Origin: Candidatus Woesearchaeota archaeon
Lineage (GTDB): Archaea > Nanobdellota > Nanobdellia > Pacearchaeales > GW2011-AR1
DNA: 46,531 nt
Reading direction: 5' to 3'
Assembly: GCA_964528215.1 (NCBI GenBank)
Contig: CAZGSA010000001.1
Span: 1 to 46,531, forward strand
Shown piece by piece: positions 35,583 to 44,500 of this stretch. Numbering within the stretch: the stretch's first letter is position 1; each line of letters starts with the position of its first letter. A model generated the notes under the pieces. The model worked only from the letters and a program-made list of their open reading frames with translations. It did no database searches and was not told where the DNA came from. A program made the translations under genes and the position numbers.

Positions 35583-36248
35583 ATGAAATTAGGAATCTTA
35601 TTTTCAGGAGGCAAGGATAGTGTATTTGCAACTTATCTTGCAAAAAAATTAGGATATGAAGTCCCTTGTTTAATCAGTATTATCTCTGAAAATAAAGAAA
35701 GTTACATGTTTCATACCCCTTCAATTTCAAAAGTTGAAAAACAAGCAAAAGCTATGAACATCCCTTTAATTCTAGAAAAAACCAGGGGGAAAAAAGAAAT
35801 TGAATTAAAAGACTTAGAAAGAGCAATTAAAATTGCTGTAGATAAATATCAAATTCAAGGGATTGTAACAGGAGCAATTGATTCTATTTATCAATCCTCA
35901 AGAATTCAAAAGATTTGTAATAAATTAAAATTAGAATGTTTTAATCCCTTATGGCAAAAAGATCAAATAGAGCTTTTAGAGGATTTGATTAAAAACAAAT
36001 TCAAGGTTATTATTTCAGGGGTTTTTGCATACCCTTTAACAAAAGAATGGTTGGGAAAACAAATAAACAAAGACTTTCTTACCCAGATAAGAAAATTAAA
36101 TGAAAAATATAAAATAAATCCTGCAGGAGAAGGTGGAGAATTTGAGACTTTTGTTCTTGATTGTCCTTTATTCAGAAAATCTCTAAAAATAAAAAATAAA
36201 AAAATAACAGGTGAAAAAAATTCTTGGGTGATGGAGATAACAATATGA
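35583..36248 (+). CDS. dph6: Dph6/MJ0570-type PP-loop ATP pyrophosphatase (copy 2)
   Basis: Identical to 25603-26268 at +9,980. Confidence 0.8.
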   Translation: MKLGILFSGGKDSVFATYLAKKLGYEVPCLISIISENKESYMFHTPSISKVEKQAKAMNIPLILEKTRGKKEIELKDLERAIKIAVDKYQIQGIVTGAIDSIYQSSRIQKICNKLKLECFNPLWQKDQIELLEDLIKNKFKVIISGVFAYPLTKEWLGKQINKDFLTQIRKLNEKYKINPAGEGGEFETFVLDCPLFRKSLKIKNKKITGEKNSWVMEITI

Positions 36249-36790
36249 AAAAAGTATTAATAGTAAATGTTTGTAAGGAGAAATTACATTATCTTGAATT
36301 TGTAAAACCTATTGAAGATATTTTAAAAAATAATAAGATTAAATTTAAAACTTTAATTTATAAAAATATTAATAAATCTCAATTAATTAAATACAATAAA
36401 ATAATTATTAGTGGAACTTCTTTAAAAGATAATTATTTTCTAAAAGATATAGGCAAGTTTTCTTGGATTAAGGATACTGAGATACCTATTCTTGGAATTT
36501 GTTCTGGGATGCAGATAATAGGGTTAGAATTTGGAGGTAGATTAAAAAAGAAAACAGAAATAGGATTTTTTAAGGAAAATTTTAAAAAAGATTTACTTGG
36601 ATTAAAAAGAGAGCAAGAAGTTTACCATTTACACAATAATTATATAGAATTTACAGAACATTTTGAGATAATCTCTAAAAATAATATAACTCAAGCAGTA
36701 AAACATAAATCAAAAGAAATATATGGGGTATTATTTCATCCAGAGGTTAGAAATAAGAAATTAATCTTAAATTTTATAGATAAAAAATAG
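36245..36790 (+). CDS. Class I glutamine amidotransferase (copy 2)
   Basis: Identical to 26265-26810 at +9,980. Confidence 0.75.
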   Translation: MKKVLIVNVCKEKLHYLEFVKPIEDILKNNKIKFKTLIYKNINKSQLIKYNKIIISGTSLKDNYFLKDIGKFSWIKDTEIPILGICSGMQIIGLEFGGRLKKKTEIGFFKENFKKDLLGLKREQEVYHLHNNYIEFTEHFEIISKNNITQAVKHKSKEIYGVLFHPEVRNKKLILNFIDKK

Positions 36791-36810
36791 GCTTTCTAGT
36801 TTTTATATCT

Positions 36811-36929
36811 CTTGCCAACCCTGAAGGGCGTGGCTTAGCAATCCTACTCCTCAAAGCAATTTCTTATTTTATCTATTCACTAAATACTAAAATTGCTTTT
36901 GCTCGACAACACCACTATGCGATGTGGGC
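36811..36929 (-). ncRNA. Truncated tRNA-Ser-like element 1, copy 2
   Basis: Identical to 26831-26949 at +9,980. Hairpin module at 36845-36904. Confidence 0.6.
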
Positions 36930-36996
36930 ATGTGAAGATAGATTATTTTAAGAATTTAAAGGTTTGTTTTTTTATTATTTTATCCAAACCATCACC

Positions 36997-37191
36997 TTAT
37001 CTACTAACTGCCCTCAACAACCTTATCTTTTCCTTACCCTCTTCAGTTTCAGCTAGCTTTGAATAAAATCTTCTTGCCATGATTATCTGAGCATTAACAA
37101 AATCCTTAAATTTTGATTTCCATTTATCAGGATTATCACGAACATATTCTGCCCATCTTTCAATTTGTTCTGAATGTGTTTTATCTCTCAT
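36997..37191 (-). CDS. Small helical partner of the NTase-fold protein (copy 2)
   Basis: Identical to 27017-27211 at +9,980. Confidence 0.5.
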   Translation of the reverse strand: MRDKTHSEQIERWAEYVRDNPDKWKSKFKDFVNAQIIMARRFYSKLAETEEGKEKIRLLRAVSR

Positions 37192-37763
37192 TTTCTAAAT
37201 CTCCTTATCTTTTCTTTAATAACCTCTATCTCATTCTCATCCAATTTATTTTTATATATTATCCTAAGATGTTTTGCATCTTCAACATCCTTATCTGAAC
37301 CTAAATATTCCTCTTTAAATGCAATATTTGATTCTATGGTTGAAAAATAAACCTCAACTTCAGTAAGAGGAAGTTTGATTCTATTTTTAATTTGTTCTCT
37401 ATCCAATTCATCTTTTGGAAATTTGATTTCCATTTCTGGTGGAAAATAGCCCTCTTCGTCCTCCACATATCTTACACTATCTCCTTTATTAAGATAATCC
37501 ACATAGATTACTTCTGGTTTTTCTGATTGCATGCAAGTAAATCCTTTTTCTTTTAGTTCTCTGTGCATTTTTAAAAATTCTTTTTCAGACATTTTTTCAA
37601 TAATCATATCAATATCCTCAGTCCCTCTTGTCCTGCCATGAGCAATAGCAACAAAACCAGAACAGATAATATACCTCGCATATTTATCAATAACTTCACA
37701 AAAGTCCTCTACAAATTTATCCAAAATGGTTCTATTATCTACTCTTCTTTCAAACTTTTCCAT
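37188..37763 (-). CDS. Minimal nucleotidyltransferase-fold protein (copy 2)
   Basis: Identical to 27208-27783 at +9,980. Confidence 0.6.
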   Translation of the reverse strand: MEKFERRVDNRTILDKFVEDFCEVIDKYARYIICSGFVAIAHGRTRGTEDIDMIIEKMSEKEFLKMHRELKEKGFTCMQSEKPEVIYVDYLNKGDSVRYVEDEEGYFPPEMEIKFPKDELDREQIKNRIKLPLTEVEVYFSTIESNIAFKEEYLGSDKDVEDAKHLRIIYKNKLDENEIEVIKEKIRRFRK

Positions 37764-37865
37764 AATATACTTAACTTCAATATCTATATAATATTTTCTA
37801 TAGAAAATTTTAGTAAACCTTCTTTAAAGATTTTCCCTTTACAATAAATTTAAAAATAAAAAATA

Positions 37866-37993
37866 GGAGCTTAGTTCTAAGAATCACCTTAATAGGTCCT
37901 TGGTTAGTTGGAAGAAAGTGATATTTTTTACTAACAGTTACAATTTTATGACCTATTTTAGCAACACCACTACAATACATATATAGTGTGGGC
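37866..37993 (-). ncRNA. Truncated tRNA-like element 2, copy 2
   Basis: Identical to 27886-28013 at +9,980. Confidence 0.5.
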
Positions 37994-38090
37994 TTATTCT
38001 AGATTAATAAAAATTTTAAGAATTTAAAGGTTTACGCCCTAATATTTTCATTACATAAATTTTATATAATCTATTTAATATATAACTATT

Positions 38091-38291
38091 ATGAACACTC
38101 TAAGCAGAACAATCACAGGAACTATTGCAATTATTTTAGGATTATTTTTAATTATACTTAGTATTTTTAAAGAATATTTCATATTAATCTATGGAATACC
38201 CATTCTTATTATTGGGATTTTTATTCTTTTAAATAAAAAAGAAGATGATATAGAAACTATAAAAACTAAAAGAAAAGGAGGTGAAAAATAA
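38091..38291 (+). CDS. Small two-TM membrane protein (copy 2)
   Basis: Identical to 28111-28311 at +9,980. Confidence 0.55.
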   Translation: MNTLSRTITGTIAIILGLFLIILSIFKEYFILIYGIPILIIGIFILLNKKEDDIETIKTKRKGGEK

Positions 38292-38614
38292 TGGTAGATA
38301 TAATTATTACAACTGGAAATGAAATTCCTGAAAAAAAGATTACTAAAATTCTTGGAGTTGTAAGAGGCAGCACTGTAAGGGCAAGAAATATTGGAAGGGA
38401 TATTGGAGCTGGATTTAAAAATATTATCGGTGGAGAAGTCAAAACCTATACAGAGATGACAAAACAATCAAGAGATGAAGCATTTAATAGAATGGTTAAT
38501 GAAGCCTTGGATTTAAAGGCTGATGCAGTTATTGGTGTTAGATTTACAACTTCTATGGTAATGGCAGGAGCTTCTGAAATGCTTGCATATGGAACTGCAA
38601 TTAAAATTAGTTAA
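38291..38614 (+). CDS. YbjQ/UPF0145 family protein (copy 2)
   Basis: Identical to 28311-28634 at +9,980. Confidence 0.85.
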   Translation: MVDIIITTGNEIPEKKITKILGVVRGSTVRARNIGRDIGAGFKNIIGGEVKTYTEMTKQSRDEAFNRMVNEALDLKADAVIGVRFTTSMVMAGASEMLAYGTAIKIS

Positions 38615-38615
38615 T

Positions 38616-38705
38616 TTATTTCTTTAATTTTCTTTGCTTAGATTTTCTACGTTGAGCTTGCTTACTTCTTGCTTTAATTTTTCTTGTTACCCTATTTCTT
38701 GGCAT
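38616..38705 (-). CDS. 29-aa highly basic peptide (copy 2)
   Basis: Identical to 28636-28725 at +9,980. Confidence 0.4.
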   Translation of the reverse strand: MPRNRVTRKIKARSKQAQRRKSKQRKLKK

Positions 38706-38756
38706 TTTTCCTCCTAAATTAAATTATTTTTAATTATTATTAATATTTTCTACTAT

Positions 38757-38933
38757 GGGCTCACTTTTGTACCCTTATTAGCAACCTTACTTCCCAAAGC
38801 AATTTCTTATTTTATCTATTTACTAAATACTAAAATTGCTTTTGCTCTACTCCCCAAAACAATTTCTTATTTTATCTATTTACTAAATACTAAAATTGCT
38901 TTTGCTCAACAATAACCATTATGCGATGCGGGC
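38757..38933 (-). ncRNA. Truncated tRNA-Ser-like element 3, copy 2
   Basis: Identical to 28777-28953 at +9,980. The 2 x 60-nt module lies at 38788-38907. Confidence 0.6.
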
Positions 38934-39034
38934 TTATAGAAATATATAATATTTTATGATTTTAAATGTTTGTGTTTTAAACATTTTTTCTACACAAGAT
39001 TTAAAAAATAATTTATCTTAATCATCTTAATTTT

Positions 39035-40432
39035 ATGGAAATTAAATCACAAAAAGAGGCGGTTGAAAAACTTAGAGAAAAGACTAAGAAAATAAGCATA
39101 ATTGAAGCAAGTGCCTATAGTGTTCATGAAGGTTTTGGTATAAAATACATAACCCCCTTTGCACTTGCAATTGGAAAAAATAATCCTCAGATAAACACAT
39201 TTATAGGTTTATTGACTTCTATTCCTTCTTTAATAGGAAATCTTTCACAACTCTTTACAATAAAGGCAATTGAAAATCATAGGAGAAAGAATATACTAAC
39301 CCTAGGGATTATTCTCCAGGCAATCATGTGGTGGGGAGTAATCTTTGCAGGAAGCTTGTTTTTTATTTTTAAACTTAATTCAAGTGTTGCTTTGACAGCC
39401 CTAATCCTGTTTTATACATTGCTTATTTTAATGGGTGCATTTGTAGGTCCTGCATGGGTATCTCTAATGAAAGAGATTGTTACTGATAAAGAAGGAAGTT
39501 ATTTTGGAAACAGAAATAGGATTGCAGGAATCTTTGCAATAATCTCTGCATTGATTGCAGGATATCTTTTAGATTACCTAACAACTAAGGATTTGTTCTT
39601 GGGATTTGTAATCCTATTTTTAATAGCTTTCCTCTTTAGATTTATTTCCGGGTTGCTCTTCACTATTCATTATGAGCCTAAACTAGAGTTTGATAAATCA
39701 AACTATTTTAGCTTTTACAAGTTTATAAAAAAGATTCCAAGTAGTAATTTTGGGAAGTTCAGTCTTTTTATCTCTTTATTTATCCTTGCAACTTCTATTG
39801 CTTCACCATTTTTTTCAGTTTATATGTTAAGAGACCTTGGGTTTAATTACTCAACCTGGATGATAATAACCTTGGCAGGACCTTTATCTTCACTTTTTTT
39901 TATGCCAATGTGGGGATATTTTGCCGACAAGTTTGGAAATATTAAAATATTAAAAATAACAGGGTTAGTAATACCCACTATTCCTATCTTATGGATTTTT
40001 TCAATCTTTTTTAATAACTCTTTTTACCTCTTGTTCTATCTAATAATCTTGGAATTCTTCTCAGGCTTTTTATGGGCAGGATTTAATCTATCTTACGCAA
40101 ACTTTATCTATGATGCAGTTACAAAGCAGAAGACAGCTCTTTGTTCAGCTTATTTTAATATTCTTCAAGGATTTGGAGTTTTTATAGGAGCAACATTAGG
40201 AGGATTTATATCTTCATTAAATATTTTTATTTTTGGTCTCAGTTCATTACTGTTTGTCTTTGCACTATCAGGTATAGCCAGATTTTTATCCTACATCCTG
40301 ATTATATTTAGGATTAAAGAGATAAGAGATGTTAAACCTTTCAGGCTAGAAGAATTAAAGAAAATTCATATAAAACCTTTCCTAGATATTTTCAATCTTA
40401 AGATAATCCATCCAAGACCAAATGGGAATTAA
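39035..40432 (+). CDS. MFS-type transporter (copy 2)
   Basis: Identical to 29055-30452 at +9,980. Confidence 0.7.
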   Translation: MEIKSQKEAVEKLREKTKKISIIEASAYSVHEGFGIKYITPFALAIGKNNPQINTFIGLLTSIPSLIGNLSQLFTIKAIENHRRKNILTLGIILQAIMWWGVIFAGSLFFIFKLNSSVALTALILFYTLLILMGAFVGPAWVSLMKEIVTDKEGSYFGNRNRIAGIFAIISALIAGYLLDYLTTKDLFLGFVILFLIAFLFRFISGLLFTIHYEPKLEFDKSNYFSFYKFIKKIPSSNFGKFSLFISLFILATSIASPFFSVYMLRDLGFNYSTWMIITLAGPLSSLFFMPMWGYFADKFGNIKILKITGLVIPTIPILWIFSIFFNNSFYLLFYLIILEFFSGFLWAGFNLSYANFIYDAVTKQKTALCSAYFNILQGFGVFIGATLGGFISSLNIFIFGLSSLLFVFALSGIARFLSYILIIFRIKEIRDVKPFRLEELKKIHIKPFLDIFNLKIIHPRPNGN

Positions 40433-40519
40433 GGTATTTTAAAGATTTGTGTTTTAAATGCCATCAGATTTAAACAAATTTTCCATAAGACTTATATACT
40501 AATTTTTGTTAATTAAAAT

Positions 40520-41179
40520 ATGAAAAAGGTGATATTATTTTTATTAGTAGGAATATTTCTTATGAGTTTTGTAGTTGCACAAGGACAAGGAATTCACAAT
40601 CCTGGAACAGGAATTGAAAATCCAGAGATTAAAGAAGCAGGACAAGGAACTGGACAAGGATTAGAAACAGATACTCAAAATCAAGGGTTAGATACTAATT
40701 TACAAAATCAAATCAGAGTTAGAGATGGAGATTATATAGGAGAAAAAGGACAACAAATAAAAATCCAGAAACAATCAAATAATAGAGTAAGATTAGAAGT
40801 TGGTGGAATTGGGGTAAATTGTGATTGCAATATGACTCAGGAACAAATTCAGAATAAAACAAGATTAAGAACAATTTTAAGTAATGGAAGAAATGCAGAG
40901 ATTAAGATAATGCCAAATACTGCTTCAGAAACTGCCTTAGAAAGATTAAGATTAAGAAATTGCAGTAAAGAAGAATGTTCTATTGAATTAAAAGAAGTTG
41001 GACAAGGCCAGCAAGCAAGACTTGCCTATGAACTAAAAACACAAAAACAATCAATGGTTTTTGGTTTATTTAAAAAAAGAATGCAAGTTCAGGCACAAGT
41101 AGATGCAGAATCTGGGGAAATTATAAGGGTTCAAAAACCTTGGTGGGCTTTTTTAGCAAGTGAATCTGATAAAGAATAA
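40520..41179 (+). CDS. Secreted Gln/Gly-rich protein, full length
   Basis: 219-aa ORF. Signal peptide MKKVILFLLVGIFLMSFVVAQG, a Q/G/N-rich region, and C-terminal ...KPWWAFLASESDKE. Confidence 0.65.
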   Translation: MKKVILFLLVGIFLMSFVVAQGQGIHNPGTGIENPEIKEAGQGTGQGLETDTQNQGLDTNLQNQIRVRDGDYIGEKGQQIKIQKQSNNRVRLEVGGIGVNCDCNMTQEQIQNKTRLRTILSNGRNAEIKIMPNTASETALERLRLRNCSKEECSIELKEVGQGQQARLAYELKTQKQSMVFGLFKKRMQVQAQVDAESGEIIRVQKPWWAFLASESDKE

Positions 41180-41323
41180 AGTTCATAATAATCTTGGAAT
41201 TCTAGTGTTTTTTATAAACTATTTTCAATGTCAAGAATTGAAGACCATATCTCTTAAGAAGCGATTGCATATTGTTTTTTTGATATTCTTAATTTAGGCC
41301 AACAAAAACCTTTATAAACTCTA

Positions 41324-41363
41324 ATGCATTAATGCTTAACATTAAAGCAAGGCATTAATGCAT
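41324..41363. promoter_or_regulatory. Paired palindromic operator candidates in front of the wHTH gene
   Basis: atgcattaatgc (41324-41335) and gcattaatgcat (41352-41363) each contain the 10-bp palindrome gcattaatgc. Both lie between the TATA-like box (aaacctttataaa, about 41306-41318) and the ATG at 41365. Confidence 0.55.
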
Positions 41364-41364
41364 A

Positions 41365-41565
41365 ATGAACAAGACAAAAAAAGAATTAGTAACTGAACTT
41401 TTAAAAAAAAATACAGAAGGACTTACAATTATTGAAATAGCAAGACTTCTTAAGATTTCTAGAAATACTGTTCCAGTTATTCTTGCAGAGTTAAAGGGAG
41501 CAGAATTAATAAGAATCCGTCCAATTGGAAAAGCTAAATTACATTATTGGGGAAAGAAAAAATGA
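41365..41565 (+). CDS. Small winged-helix (HTH) transcriptional regulator
   Basis: 66-aa ORF. LTIIEIARLLKISRNTVPVILAELKGAELIRIRPIGKAKLHYW is HTH plus wing. Its stop overlaps the next ATG (ATGA). Confidence 0.7.
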   Translation: MNKTKKELVTELLKKNTEGLTIIEIARLLKISRNTVPVILAELKGAELIRIRPIGKAKLHYWGKKK

Positions 41566-44500
41566 ATAAAAATCATTTAATCTTTTTAATATTCTGCATT
41601 TTGATTTTAACATTTATATTTATTGAAAATACAATTCCTGTTCTTGCTTTGGTTACAAATATAACCGGAACTACTCATACTTATTCTTCAAGCACCTATG
41701 GAGCAGTTGCCTATGATGAAAACTATGTTTATTTAGGTTATATGAGTGCAGGTCCTTTTGCCCTCTATAAAAATAATCTTACCCTAGTCAGTTCTTTTAC
41801 AGCTTATCATCCTGCAACAATGGTTTCAGATGGAACATTTCTTTATGTAGAAGCTTATTCAGATAGCACTCTTAAAAAAATAAGAATTGATAATGGAAGC
41901 ATAGAATGGTCTATTGCAGGAGGCTGGCAACAATTTAATTGGATGGATATAGATGATAATGGGAATATCTATGTCCCTTTTTATTCACAAAGTAAATATA
42001 AAAAAATCTATAATAATGGAACAACTGCTTGGGAATATCAAGATTCTCAATCTTCAAGGTCAATGAGTGCTTCAGATGATGGAGAATATGTATATGGAAT
42101 AGGAAATGCAGGAACCTTATATAGATTAAATTCTACAAATGGAAATGTTATTTGCAGCACTTCTACTCCTAGTCAATATGGCCAGATAGCAGTAGTAAGC
42201 AGTGGAGATTATAATGGGTATGCATTTATTGCTTCAAGTGTAAATAACAGGTGGTATTTTGTAGCTCCTAATTGCACTATCATGTGGAATTATATCTGCA
42301 CAGATTCTAGCTCTAGTCATTATCCTCTAGGAGCTCTTGTTGATGGGGATTCACAATTAATAGGTGGAGGAGGTAAAACTGTTGTAATCCTTAGCACTAA
42401 TGGAAGTTTAATTCAAAGCAGAGCTGTAACCCAGTCAATTCATGAGATGAGGCTTGATTTAACCGGACAGGCAATTTATACTTCTTCAAATTCAGTAGGA
42501 ACTTACCAAAGAATAGGCATTACTGTTTCTGGTCTTTCTATAATCTCACCAGAATCTGATTTTTATACTAACAATAACAACCTGAATATTAGTTATACTA
42601 TCTCAGAAAATACACAATCTTGTTGGTATTCTAATGATACCAGGTCTAGAAATATTTCTTTAGGCAATAATGGAAATTGTCAAAATATAACAACAGTGTT
42701 TTGGACAGAAGGACAGCATAATGTAACAATCTGGGCAAATGATTCTAATGGACATATAAACACAAATTCTGTTACGTTTAATATTGATAATACCTCTCCT
42801 TTACTAAACATAACTTATCCATTAAATACAACTTATGATACAAGAGCAACAAATTTAAATTATACTTATTCAGATATTGATGCAGGTTATTGCTGGTATT
42901 CAACTGATAATGGAGCTAATAATTCAACATTACTATCTGCTGGAGAAAATTTCACAGGACTTAGTAGTTCTGGGGGAAGTAATCTTTGGACTCTTTACTG
43001 CAATGATTCTTCTGGAAACATTAATTTAACTTCAATAGCTTTTACAACCACCTTTCCTATTATTGAATTAGAATTAGTTTCTCCTACTGAAAGTATAAAT
43101 GTAACTCAAAATCAATTTTTTGAAGTCAGAGCAAGAATTAGCTGTTCAAATAATAATTGTGGTGAAGTTAATGTTACTCTAGACCCTATCTATGGAGCAG
43201 GGACAAATTATACATTATATAATGATTCAGAAAGTTTAGGAGATAATTATGAATGGAATGATATAAGCGAAGATGGAACTTTAGTTTCATTTTCAAGTAA
43301 TGATGATGGAACATCAACTGCAAACATAGATTTTAATTTTTCTTTTTATGAGGTAAATTATACTACGGCTTATCTTTCTTCAAATGGGAGAATCCACTTT
43401 ACAACAACAAGTGCAGGAAACACACAATTATCAATTCCTTCATCCTCCTATAAATTAATTGCTCCAGTAAATAATGATATGTATGTTAGAGCCCTTACAA
43501 AGGTTTATGTTAAAAATGCTACTAACCCAACTCGGATGATTATACAGTATAGTAATTTATCTTATTTTAGTTATAGCACAACTTATATTTCTTATCAGGT
43601 AATCTTATATGAGGCTGGGAAAATTATAATTCAATATCATCCAGATAATCAAGATTACTATGCAAGCAATAACCTTGGTTTAAATCATAATTCTTCAGAT
43701 TATCTAATGTTGGGAGCTGATGCTCCAGATCAATATAAGGGAATGGCATTAACCTTTCTTCCACTAGGATATAATTCTGCTACAGCCAAGGGAGGCACTA
43801 TTTCAACAAACCCAAATACAACTCCATTTTATACAAATATAACAAATCCATATAATTTAACATTAAATAATGGAGATTCAGATACAATAATCTGGTGGGT
43901 AAATGCAACCGGAGATATAAATGAAACCTATGAGTTTTTTATTTATACAAATAAAACTTCTGATTTAGATAATTCAGATATAACTTCCAAATGGAATGTA
44001 ACAATACTTTCAAATGGAACTTATGTTAGTGGGGTAGATGAATCTGCTCCAACAATTACATTTAATTCTCCTGCAAATAATTCTTTTTCATCAGACACTG
44101 GATTAGATATAGACCTTACCATCTCAGACCCTAATCTAGATTCTTGCTGGTATACCTATGATAATGTTAATATTAATACAAGTTTAGGCAGTGGTGGAAG
44201 CTGTTCAGATATAACCTCCTTAACTTGGACAGAAGGAAAACATAATATAACAATCTGGGCAAATGATACAGGAGGATATGGGGGAAGTTCTTTATTAAGT
44301 TTTAGGATAGACACAACAAATCCCTTGATAGGCTATAGTTTAGAAACAGAAGAAGATAATGCTAAACTTACTAGAAATAATCTTTATGTAGAAGTAAGTG
44401 TAACAGAAGCAAATAAGAAAAACATAACATTTAATTTATATTACTTAAATGGAACATCACTAAACAGCACAACTTATTTAGATTCAACTTATAATATAAA

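Larger units (their letters stand above)
30869..40862. repeat. Tandem duplication, unit 2 (9,980 bp) plus 14-bp partial third copy
   Basis: Offset of exactly +9,980 from unit 1. Identity ends at 40862. The 14-mer tcagaataaaacaa is found at 20889, 30869 and 40849. Confidence 0.95.

Noticed and set aside
1554-38467. Short ORFs in the track at 1554-1748, 7077-7307, 8299-8499, 11390-11578, 11735-11935, 14409-14603, 17761-17952, 17956-18144, 19368-19574, 21193-21405, 24099-24335, 24582-24815, 27133-27318, 27658-27867, 28209-28487 and 30739-30927, plus their +9,980 copies
   Set aside because: All overlap, on the opposite strand or in another frame, better-supported genes. They are Phe/Leu/Ile-rich or low complexity, as expected for the reverse complement of Lys/Glu-rich coding sequence.
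20889-40862. Terminal overlap of a circular replicon or plasmid as the explanation for the 9,980-bp repeat
   Set aside because: The repeat is internal and is flanked by 20.9 kb and 5.7 kb of unique sequence. No replication, integrase or transposase gene is in the unit. Assembly error cannot be excluded and is listed as a refutation test in the finding.
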